The notes under the pieces were generated by a model. The model was given only the letters and a program-made list of their open reading frames with translations. It searched no databases and was not told the origin of the DNA. This document shows positions 46,958-55,423 of a stretch of DNA of 64,000 nucleotides, piece after piece. The stretch comes from Candidatus Magasanikbacteria bacterium GW2011_GWA2_56_11 (GTDB lineage: Bacteria > Patescibacteriota > Patescibacteriia > Magasanikbacterales > UBA922). Location: contig LCRX01000001.1 of the NCBI GenBank assembly GCA_001004885.1, positions 9,849 through 73,848 on the forward strand, read 5' to 3'. The translations under genes were made by a program, and so were the position numbers. The number at the start of each line of letters is the position of its first letter. Positions within the stretch are counted from its first letter, which is position 1.

Positions 46958-47821
46958 ATGCCCGAATTACCCGAAGTCGAAACTATCCGCCGCGATTTGG
47001 CCGAGCGGATCACCGGCAAAAAAATCGCCGGGGTGTCGGTCCGCCATGCGAAAACCGTGCGCGGCGCGCCGGCTGTTTTTTCGCGGCGTTTGGTTGGCCG
47101 CTCGGTGCGGGCGATACACCGCGTCGGCAAGCTGCTTATATTTATCTTCGACGTCCCCGATTACCAGCTGCTTGTGCACCTGAAAATGACCGGCCAGCTC
47201 ATTTATCGCGGCCAGACGGCGTTAGTCGCTGGCGGACATTTCCTGTCCGGGGCGGTTTTGGAATTGCCGGGCCGCCATACGCGCGTGGTCATCTCTTTCT
47301 CCGACGGCGCCGAGTTGTTTTTTAACGATATGCGTTTGTTCGGGTACATGCATTTATCGGACCCGGAAACGGTAGACCGGGTAAAGAAAACTTACGGTAT
47401 CGAACCTTTGACTCCGGATTTTACCCTCGAGAGGTTCCAAAAAATTGTGCGGCCACGCCGAACGAGCATCAAGGCCGTGCTGCTGCGCCAGAACCTAATC
47501 GCCGGGCTGGGTAACATCTACGCGGACGAAGCCTGTTTTCGGGCCGGTATCCGTCCGGATCGTCCGGCTCGCGGTTTGACCCCGGAGGAAATCGTGCGGC
47601 TCCACCGGGCCTGCGAACACGTAATCCGCTTGGGCATTAAACATCGCGGAACGACTTTCAACAGCTTCGTAGACGCCGACGGCCGCAGCGGGGGGTTCCT
47701 TAGGCTGCTGCGAGTCTACGGCCGGGACGGAGAGCGATGCCTGGGATGCAAAACCGCCCTTATTAAAAAAATCAGGACAGCCGGGCGGGGTACCCATTTT
47801 TGTCCGGTGTGTCAAGTATAA
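46958..47821 (+). CDS. mutM: Formamidopyrimidine-DNA glycosylase
   Basis: MPELPEVET, HLKMTG, GLGNIYADE, C-terminal zinc finger. Confidence 0.97.
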   Translation: MPELPEVETIRRDLAERITGKKIAGVSVRHAKTVRGAPAVFSRRLVGRSVRAIHRVGKLLIFIFDVPDYQLLVHLKMTGQLIYRGQTALVAGGHFLSGAVLELPGRHTRVVISFSDGAELFFNDMRLFGYMHLSDPETVDRVKKTYGIEPLTPDFTLERFQKIVRPRRTSIKAVLLRQNLIAGLGNIYADEACFRAGIRPDRPARGLTPEEIVRLHRACEHVIRLGIKHRGTTFNSFVDADGRSGGFLRLLRVYGRDGERCLGCKTALIKKIRTAGRGTHFCPVCQV

Positions 47822-47941
47822 TTGTGATAGGCTATTTTATAGCCGGGACAGCGGCCTGGGCAGAAAATCCCCGCCATCCGAAGCGTCCGAACGCAATTTC
47901 GCCGAAGCCTCCCCGCACGATCTTGCCTGCCCGACAAAATC

Positions 47942-47970
47942 TTGACACGTTTAGAACGTTTGGTTATACT
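47942..47970 (+). promoter_or_regulatory. Promoter for tRNA-Val/tRNA-Thr
   Basis: TTGACA-N17-TATACT. Confidence 0.75.
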
Positions 47971-48030
47971 AGACCCGTTTTACGGACAAGGCCTGCCTGC
48001 CGTAGTCCGCTAGCTTACGGACATAACTAG

Positions 48031-48104
48031 GCACGCCTAGCTCAGTTGGTTAGAGCATCTCGTTTACACCGAGAGGGTCGGGGGTTCGAATCCCTCGGCG
48101 TGCA
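48031..48104 (+). tRNA. tRNA-Val(TAC), CCA not encoded
   Basis: GCACGCC/GGCGTGC acceptor, TCTCG-TTTACAC-CGAGA. Confidence 0.97.
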
Positions 48105-48149
48105 CACCTCCGCCCCGCTTTGGCGGGTTGCGGTACCAGGCAAATACAA

Positions 48150-48222
48150 GCCGTTGTAGCTCAGTTGGTAGAGCGCGTCCATGGTAAGGACGAGGTCACC
48201 GGTTCAATCCCGGTCAACGGCT
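48150..48222 (+). tRNA. tRNA-Thr(GGT), CCA not encoded; anchor of the cassette array
   Basis: GCCGTTG/CAACGGC acceptor, CGTCC-ATGGTAA-GGACG, GGTTCAATCC. Confidence 0.97.
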
Positions 48223-48226
48223 CGGG

Positions 48227-48256
48227 TAAAACTCCGCCCCCCTAGGCGGAGTTTTA
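48227..48256 (+). terminator. Terminator after tRNA-Thr(GGT)
   Basis: TAAAACTCCGCC-ccccta-GGCGGAGTTTTA. Confidence 0.75.
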
Positions 48257-48322
48257 TGTAATTGTAAATGCAAATAACGCTGGTGGACAGTAGGACCAAT
48301 TAAGATTTATAATTCTATCGAT

Positions 48323-48910
48323 ATGAAAATGACGTCCGCAGTTATTGAGATAATAACGCTTATTATCGTAATTTTAGGCTTACTTTTTTTTGATTTTGCC
48401 ACAAGCAATTACGTTGTCCTCATTTCAATTCTAGTTGTCGGTTCTCGACTGGGATGGCTCTTTTACAAAAGAGAATTAACCCTGAAAGCAAATATCCAGA
48501 AAGAAGGCAGAATTTTTTCCGGGTGGATGAGGTATGGGACAATACTGTTGCTAGCGTTCGGTTTGTTGTTTGTATTCCAAGATGACATTAAAGGTTTGCC
48601 TATCTGGCTTACCGACCAAGAGCCTGTTTGGTTTACCTTTTTTCATGTGGGGGCACAGGAGGCAATTTTTAGGGTTTACCTTTTAAGCAGACTACAGACA
48701 ATACTTGATAGCCGAGCTGTTATTGCGGTTCTAGGCGGTCTTTTGTTCGGAGTTGTCCATTTCATTTTACCCGGTGCTTTGATAGTCGTGGCCTTCACCT
48801 CCATCTTGGGTACCGCCTGGTGTTACGTTTATCAACGGTATCCTAATTTCATCCTTGTCTGGCTTTCTCACACTTTGTTAAATTTCGCAATTAAGAGTTT
48901 GGTACAGTAG
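48323..48910 (+). CDS. CPBP (CAAX protease-like) intramembrane protein
   Basis: QEAIFR, FGVVH, SHTLLN; low GC. Confidence 0.85.
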   Translation: MKMTSAVIEIITLIIVILGLLFFDFATSNYVVLISILVVGSRLGWLFYKRELTLKANIQKEGRIFSGWMRYGTILLLAFGLLFVFQDDIKGLPIWLTDQEPVWFTFFHVGAQEAIFRVYLLSRLQTILDSRAVIAVLGGLLFGVVHFILPGALIVVAFTSILGTAWCYVYQRYPNFILVWLSHTLLNFAIKSLVQ

Positions 48911-48972
48911 GTCAACCATTTTAGTATATAACGGACCAAGTGTTACCTGACTCGTAGGGGTGACACTAAGGC

Positions 48973-49061
48973 AGTCCTAACTTCATACACCAAACGGCTC
49001 GGGTTAAAAGATGGCTCATTTAACCATCTTTTTTCGTACCCTTTGGCCGGGTTTGAACTGC
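48973..49061 (+). repeat. att-like cassette-boundary repeat 1
   Basis: AGTCCTAAC-N8-CCAAACGGCTCGGGT-hairpin-GTACCCTTTGGCCGGGTTTGAACTGC. Confidence 0.9.
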
Positions 49062-49104
49062 AGTAGATCATCTGTTATTATAAACCCAGCCATAAATTTA
49101 GCGT

Positions 49105-49575
49105 ATGAATAAGATTATAGTTATAAGAGGGCCACTAGGTGTGGGTAAAACGACTGTTTCAAAGCTGTTAGCTAAAAAGCTTGGAGCAGAGTATCTGTCG
49201 GTTGATAAAATTCTTAGTGATAACAATTTAGATAAGGACGACGATATCTCAGTTGAAAATTTTTTGAAAGCCAATGAAATAATTACTGGAATTTCCGATG
49301 GAAATAGAGGACCGTATGTTATTGACGGGAATTTTTACTACCAGAAACAAATTGACGATCTAAAAAATAGATTTAAAGATGGAGTGGCTATCTTTACTAT
49401 TACAAGTACTGTAGAGAAATGTATTAAGCGAGACGCACAAAGGGAAAAAGTATATGGCGAAGATTCTGTGAGGTATGTATACATGGTGGTGTCTAAAGTT
49501 AAGGCGGGTATTGAAATAGATAATACTGACCTAACAATAGAGGAGACTATTCAAACAATAATAGACAACTTGTAG
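49105..49575 (+). CDS. P-loop nucleotide kinase-like (AAA family) protein
   Basis: GPLGVGKTT Walker A, VIDG, R..R lid; low GC. Confidence 0.85.
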   Translation: MNKIIVIRGPLGVGKTTVSKLLAKKLGAEYLSVDKILSDNNLDKDDDISVENFLKANEIITGISDGNRGPYVIDGNFYYQKQIDDLKNRFKDGVAIFTITSTVEKCIKRDAQREKVYGEDSVRYVYMVVSKVKAGIEIDNTDLTIEETIQTIIDNL

Positions 49576-49588
49576 CCCAAAGTAGTAT

Positions 49589-50056
49589 ATGGACGAAATC
49601 CATTTTTCAAAACTGACCGATGTGGGTGGAATTGAAGTACTACGCGGCAGATCTGGCCGGTATAATGACTTTGTGTACACGTATGAGAGACCTACGCTCG
49701 ATTTGCTGAAGAAAAATTTTTTTCTTCGGGATAGCCTTTATTTGGTAGCGGATAATGGAACCGTGTTTGTCGCCTTTTGTTCAATAGATAGGGACTGGTG
49801 GGAGAATAATTTTTTTATGATACGAGAAATTATCGTGGACCAAAATTTCCAAAAGCAGGGCATTGGGGAGACAATAATGCGGATGTGCATAGAGCATGCA
49901 CAAAGCAAGGGGGCAGCGGGGGTGGTGACAGAAACGGCCTTTGAAAATATACCAATGCAAAAATTGTGCATTAAGTTAGGTTTTAAAGTTTGGGATAATC
50001 CACAGTGGAAAGAGGGGGTAACCTATAAGTTACTATTCCAGGAGAGGCACAATTAG
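49589..50056 (+). CDS. GNAT acetyltransferase
   Basis: VDQNFQKQGIG, N..MQKL..KLGF; stop codon overlaps repeat 2. Confidence 0.88.
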   Translation: MDEIHFSKLTDVGGIEVLRGRSGRYNDFVYTYERPTLDLLKKNFFLRDSLYLVADNGTVFVAFCSIDRDWWENNFFMIREIIVDQNFQKQGIGETIMRMCIEHAQSKGAAGVVTETAFENIPMQKLCIKLGFKVWDNPQWKEGVTYKLLFQERHN

Positions 50057-50213
50057 TCCTAACGTGCTCCACCAAACGGCTCGGGTAAAAAGATGGCTTA
50101 AATGAGCCATCTTTTTACGTACCCTTTGGCCGGGTTTGAACTGCTTTTACGATTGGTGTGTGTTTTAATTTATAGATTAAGCTTAAATAAGCATTTTTAT
50201 CGCCCTACGAAAG
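50055..50213 (+). repeat. att-like cassette-boundary repeat 2 (core to 50144, extension shared with repeat 3)
   Basis: Same architecture as repeat 1. Confidence 0.9.
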
Positions 50214-50307
50214 CGCCGATCGAACGGTTGACAAGCCCAACTTTATCCTGTAGGTTATACTATTCCTACCCGCAGGCAGGAATGGCAACCACAGGAGGAA
50301 ATCGTTC

Positions 50308-51235
50308 ATGAGAGTTTACGTTCTGAACACCGGCGGAACACTGGGCATGGTCGGAGATCCGCTCCGTCCGGCCAAGTCGGCGGCCGAGCTCCTCGAGGGG
50401 GTCAAGGTCCCCCCGGGCACCGAGCTCACGCTCGTTGACTTCAGGCTCCGCCAGGACTCGACCAACGTCATGCACCAGGACCGCGTGGCGATGGGCCGGG
50501 AGATTGAGACGGCCTATGAGGAGCACGACGCGTTCGTGGTTCTCCATGGCACCGACTCGCTCGCCGAGACGTGTGCCTTCCTGGCGATGTTGTTCAAGCA
50601 GTCGCTCCAGAAGCCGCTCTTCGTCATCGGCGCGCAGATGACGAAGGACGAGCCCGGTTCGGACGTGCGACTTCAACGCCTTCCACACGCCTGGACGCCA
50701 CCCTGTGGCCCAAGCCTGGCCGCACGTCATGATCAAGCCGGGCGTGCGCAAGAGGGACGGCGTCCTCGATGTGCAGGGGCTGCGCCTCGACACGGAGTTC
50801 GAGCAGCACGTCGCCTCGGTCGTGGTCTCGGCCGACACGCCGCCCTATGTCCTCATGGACATGGTCAGGGCTGGGCGCATCAAGGGCGTCATCCTTGAGT
50901 GCAAGGGCGCTGGGAATATCCCGGACCGGCCCTGGCAGATCGGCGAGGAGAGCTACTCGTGGATCGACGCCATCCAGGCGGCGACCGCAGCCGGCATCGT
51001 GGTCGGCATCGTCTCCCCGTTCGAGGACGGCCGTGTCATCCTCGACCGCTACGAGCTCGGCGCCAAGGCCAAGGCGGCTGGCGCGATCGGGCTTGCGAGC
51101 CTGACGCCGGCCATGGCTGACGTGAAGCTCCGCCAGGCGATCGCCATGCACCGAGGCCACCCCGACCGCATTCAGCGCTTCATCGAGACGAACCTCGTCG
51201 GCGAGCTCCTCGACGGCTACGAGGACGCGGCCTAG
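50308..51235 (+). pseudogene. Type I L-asparaginase-like gene, internal deletion and frameshift near 50668
   Basis: NTGGTLGM and HGTDSL motifs, then a frame change to DFNAFHTP...GAGN...YELG; high GC3. Confidence 0.8.
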
Positions 51236-51520
51236 GCCGACGACACCGTTCGGAACGAAACTCCACTCCGGCGAGGGCAACCGGCTAACCCTCATCCCAC
51301 TATCTTTTGTAGACAATTTAGAGAAGATTGAGGAACAAAAATCTCCGACACGCGCGGGGATTTTTGTTATAGCTGTTTGAGAGGTGTTTGTTTTAGCCGT
51401 TATTTATCAATTTACTTCAATAAATCAGAAGTCACAATGTATTCTAACCACCACCCAGCACCTTGACAAAACCTCAGTTATATGCTAGCTTGGGTACATC
51501 ACCCCGATAAGGAGTTGGAC

Positions 51521-51715
51521 ATGAAGAAATGGATATGCCGCCTCGCGGCGGCTGTGTTCACGGGCGCGTGCGCCGCGCCCATCCTGAGCGGTGTCGCCGC
51601 GGGCGAGGGTACTTGCTCCGGCAAGATCGCCTTCGTGGCTTTCTACGTCCTCACGTGCGTGCTTTCCGCCGCTACCCTCGCGAGTGCGGCGAATCAGGCA
51701 CTCACCAAGGCGTGA
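51521..51715 (+). CDS. Small two-TM hypothetical protein
   Basis: SD AAGGAG, TTGACA promoter at 51463, hydrophobic sequence. Confidence 0.6.
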   Translation: MKKWICRLAAAVFTGACAAPILSGVAAGEGTCSGKIAFVAFYVLTCVLSAATLASAANQALTKA

Positions 51716-51837
51716 AGCGGTGCGGCGAGCGGGGGCGTGTCTCTGGAGAGCGCCCCCGAAACCTTCTTTTGTTAGTCATCTTGGCTGGAAGAAGAAGCAA
51801 CAAAAGCACCCGGACAGGTGCTTTTGTTTATCGTTGA

Positions 51838-51996
51838 AGTCCTAACGTCCCGCGCCAAACGGCTCGGGTTAAGAGATGGCTAAGATAGCCATCTCTTTTT
51901 GTATCCTTTAGCCGGGTTTGAACTGCTTTTACAATTGGTGGATAGCTTGTAATTTTCAGATTAAGCCTAAATAAGCATTTTATCGCCTTACAAAAG
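51838..51996 (+). repeat. att-like cassette-boundary repeat 3 (core to 51926)
   Basis: Same architecture; compensatory change in the hairpin (AAGAG/CTCTT). Confidence 0.9.
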
Positions 51997-52115
51997 TTGA
52001 CAAAATCATTTTTTTTCTGATAGGTTAGGTGAACTTGCACGGACAAGGACGGTTGCACTCAGGATGGCGGGATGGGCCCGTTAATCTTTGTGGAACCTCG
52101 AAGGAGCGTGAGTTT

Positions 52116-53447
52116 ATGGGAAAAAGGAGAGTTCGAGGGGCGGTCGAAAGTGACCGTCAGTTCGTCTCTGACCTGATGGAAGGTGCGCTGAGCCCGTACT
52201 ACGACGGGAACCACCGTGCGCACGCCAACCGGATCTTCACCACCCACATCAACGGGGGTGAGGATCACAGGGGACACTTCTCCTCCGAGCAGAAGATGTT
52301 CATCCTGGAGGAAGACGAGCGTCCCATCGGCATGATCAACATCGTGCGCAAGAAGCAGGGCACGTGGAAGATCAGCCCCCTCATCATCGACCCGAGCCGC
52401 CGGGGCACGGGTGGGTGCGGTACCGAACTCCTCACCTACGCGGAGAACTACGCGAAGGAGCGGGGTGTGCGGCAGATGTACTGCACCGTGGCGCAGCAGA
52501 ACCACGCCGCGTTCGGCTTTTTCCGGAAGAAGGGCTACATCTGCGCGGGTCAGGCTTCGAGCCACTACAAGCCCGGCATCACCGAGCGGATGATGTACAA
52601 GATCTTCTTCACGCCCGAGGAGGTGGAACACTTCGATCGCGTCTCCATCTCGGTGCTCCCCATGACGGACGAGCACAAGCCGGAGGTGGAAGCGCTCATC
52701 ATCGAGAAGTTGTCGCATCACTTCAACGGCGTCGACGCGAGCTGGGTGCAGGCCCTGTTCGACGGTTACGACCGTCGCAACTCCGGCGAGGTCAATGATA
52801 AGTACAAGCTGATCTACGTCGCGACCGATCGGTCGGGCAAGGTCATCGGTGTCGCTGGCGCCACGCCGAAGAAGGGTGAGCCGATCAAGATCATGCCATG
52901 CGTGGCCTACACGGCACAGGCCTTCGCTGCGCTGATCGCGGACATCCCTCAGCACTTGCGGGAGTACGGACGGAAGCTCTACATCCACCTCGTGCCGAGC
53001 GTGGAGGAGACCATCATGCTCCAGCGTCTGGGCTGGTCCATCGAGGCCATCATGCCCGCCGCCTACAACGACAACTACTGCACCCAACAGTGGGGCATCG
53101 ATCTGGGGAGTACCTACATGAGGACCATGCGCGTGAAGGCGAACTTCCATCGCCTGATCATGTCCGGCGTCAAGCCCCTCGAGGTGCGGGTCGGCTACGG
53201 CAACATCAAGTCGATCCGGGTCGGTGAGAAGATCCGCCTGATGAGCCGTTCGCTCGACGGCGTGATCAGGGTGCTCGGCGTGCGCCGCTACGACACCTTC
53301 GCGGAGATGCTCAAGCACGAGGATGGTGGCAAGATCGTCCCGGGCATGGATGACCGGCAGGTGCTTCAGCTCCTGCAGGACATCTACCCGCCGCACAAGG
53401 AGCGTCTCGGTGTCTACGTCATCGAGGTCGATCCCGTCAAGAACTGA
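52116..53447 (+). CDS. GNAT acetyltransferase-ASCH domain fusion
   Basis: N-terminal GNAT (RRGTGGCG, N.AAFGFFRKKGY), a second GNAT-like domain, C-terminal ASCH (SGVKPLEVR, YDTFAEML, LGVYVIE); SD AAGGAG. Confidence 0.8.
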   Translation: MGKRRVRGAVESDRQFVSDLMEGALSPYYDGNHRAHANRIFTTHINGGEDHRGHFSSEQKMFILEEDERPIGMINIVRKKQGTWKISPLIIDPSRRGTGGCGTELLTYAENYAKERGVRQMYCTVAQQNHAAFGFFRKKGYICAGQASSHYKPGITERMMYKIFFTPEEVEHFDRVSISVLPMTDEHKPEVEALIIEKLSHHFNGVDASWVQALFDGYDRRNSGEVNDKYKLIYVATDRSGKVIGVAGATPKKGEPIKIMPCVAYTAQAFAALIADIPQHLREYGRKLYIHLVPSVEETIMLQRLGWSIEAIMPAAYNDNYCTQQWGIDLGSTYMRTMRVKANFHRLIMSGVKPLEVRVGYGNIKSIRVGEKIRLMSRSLDGVIRVLGVRRYDTFAEMLKHEDGGKIVPGMDDRQVLQLLQDIYPPHKERLGVYVIEVDPVKN

Positions 53448-53562
53448 TCCAACAGCAAGGAGGTGAGGAGGGGCGGGAGCAGCAGTGTTCCCGTACCCGT
53501 CTGAGTTCATATTGCATATAGCAGAACAATGTGAGTTGAGACGGTAAAATTTAACAATCAAT

Positions 53563-53886
53563 ATGAAAAGAGCTTTTAATGTACAAGAACCATATTTTAG
53601 TTCTATTAAAGAAGGAAAAAAAACTGTAGAGGGAAGATTGAACAAAGGAAAATTTGCTGATATGCAGCTGGGGGATACAGCTGTGATAAATGATGTTGTT
53701 GAGGTAGAAATTGTACGCACTAGAACATATGATTCTTTTCGAGATATGATTCAAAATGAAGGTATCGAGAAAGTCATCCCCGGTGCTCATTCTTTGGAAG
53801 ATGCGATAAATGTTTACTATAAATTTTATACAAGAGAGCAAGAAAAAAAATATGGGGTACGCGCGATAGAAATAAAATTGATTTGA
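53563..53886 (+). CDS. Standalone ASCH/PUA-like protein
   Basis: EGKKTVEGR, YDSFRDM, YGVRAI; low GC. Confidence 0.88.
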   Translation: MKRAFNVQEPYFSSIKEGKKTVEGRLNKGKFADMQLGDTAVINDVVEVEIVRTRTYDSFRDMIQNEGIEKVIPGAHSLEDAINVYYKFYTREQEKKYGVRAIEIKLI

Positions 53887-53956
53887 TTAAAAGATTAGTC
53901 TATTTTGTACATTACATTCAATATTTTTTTACAGTAGTGCATATTTTGCACATACT

Positions 53957-54270
53957 GTGGATGATGGAAAGAGATACCAAACTAAGTACTATAACCTCGA
54001 TGCCGTTATTTCGGTTGGTTACAGGGTAAACTCATCGCGAGCTACCAAATTTCGTATTTGGGCCACAAAAACACTTCGCGAGTACCTTGTTAAAGGCTAT
54101 GTTCTAAATAAGAAAACCATCCTTAAAAACTACAATCAGTTTATAAAAAAACGTTACATCTATACAAGCTCTTTTGCCAACACATGTTACTCTTGATCCT
54201 AAAATGGTTTTGGAGCTCGTAAAAGAATACGCAAGTACCTGGACCAAGCTCGATGCCTATGATCGAGATA
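53957..54270 (+). pseudogene. RhuM-family (virulence protein) fragment
   Basis: YYNLDAVISVGYRVNSSRATKFRIWAT; truncated and frameshifted. Confidence 0.8.
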
Positions 54271-54369
54271 ATCTAAATTGGTACTTAACGGCGGATGTTT
54301 GAATCAGAACAGTAATTTTGCTATGCTTCAACCGTTGGATTTTTCTCCCTAATATTTTTATCTAGTGGT

Positions 54370-55242
54370 ATGGGTACCGAGAATAGAGACCAAGCTCCAG
54401 TATGCAGCCAATGTGGCGCGCCAAGTTATGCCGGCTGCCCGCACTCCACTCGCGAATCAGTGGCTGCCTCTTCGTCGGAAGTGGCCGAGCCTTCACCCGA
54501 AGAAGTGGTCGCTTTCAGCGAGGTTATCGGCCGCTTAGATCCTGAGGTGACCAGGCGTATAAGGGAAGATGGCTTCGATGTCGATGGAGACGCACCCGGA
54601 ATTGTGCGTCTCATGAAAGAGGGCATAGACGGATCAATACGCTTGGCCCGGGAAGCGGGCTACGCTATTGATACTTCGGCGGAACCGATGAAAGGACAGA
54701 CAAAAACTGTTTATTTGTTACCCGACCATAGGGTGCTGAAGCTGCAGCCATTAAAAGATTATCTCAACGAAGCGGCACTGGGAGAGGACGAAGTCTCATT
54801 TTATGATGCCGTCGAGAAAGCGCTCGGTGTTGACGTCCGGAAGATGGTCGCCGAGACCCGGCCAGCCGGCCAGGGAGTTCCGGGCGCGACCCAGGAGTTC
54901 GTGTTCAAGACAGCAAAAGCTATCGATTTAGCCAAAGCGCAGGGAAATTTAGCGTTAGCAGACAAACTTCTCGACGCCCACCGCTCCAATCCGTTGGCAA
55001 AAAATTATGTCTTTGAACAGAAAACAAGAAACACGGGCCTCGTGCGGCGTGAAGACGGAAAAATTTACGTAGTCGCTGCTGACACTTCAGGCGGTTTGCA
55101 TATTGAAAATGTTGAAGGCGGGTGGGGGACCCTACAGCATGACGTCGGCGGAATCGTTTCTATTGACCCGGCCGAACTTGAGTCTGTACCCGACTTAAAG
55201 GAGTGGTTAGGAACCGCTGCCGCTTCATCCGTACAGCGATAA
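54370..55242 (+). CDS. Hypothetical protein, possible protein-kinase-like fold
   Basis: GQTKTVY..RVLK, QEFV, EQKTRN, VVAAD; N-terminal CxxC..C.H. Confidence 0.55.
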   Translation: MGTENRDQAPVCSQCGAPSYAGCPHSTRESVAASSSEVAEPSPEEVVAFSEVIGRLDPEVTRRIREDGFDVDGDAPGIVRLMKEGIDGSIRLAREAGYAIDTSAEPMKGQTKTVYLLPDHRVLKLQPLKDYLNEAALGEDEVSFYDAVEKALGVDVRKMVAETRPAGQGVPGATQEFVFKTAKAIDLAKAQGNLALADKLLDAHRSNPLAKNYVFEQKTRNTGLVRREDGKIYVVAADTSGGLHIENVEGGWGTLQHDVGGIVSIDPAELESVPDLKEWLGTAAASSVQR

Positions 55243-55423
55243 CGATTAATTGAAATTTGCGCGTATAGATTGCAAAAATGTGGAAAAAATTATTGTGCTG
55301 TGTGCAAAGATAAATTTCCTTTGGTTCCGGCAGATCCGGCCGAAATACCTCTCCCGGCCAATGGAATTCGGCCATAAACAAGCTTAATCGGCAGGAGCAT
55401 CCGTAATTGGCTTTACTTTTTTT

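Noticed and set aside
48973-51996. CRISPR array
   Set aside because: Repeats are ~90 bp, separated by 1-1.7 kb of genes, and there are no cas genes
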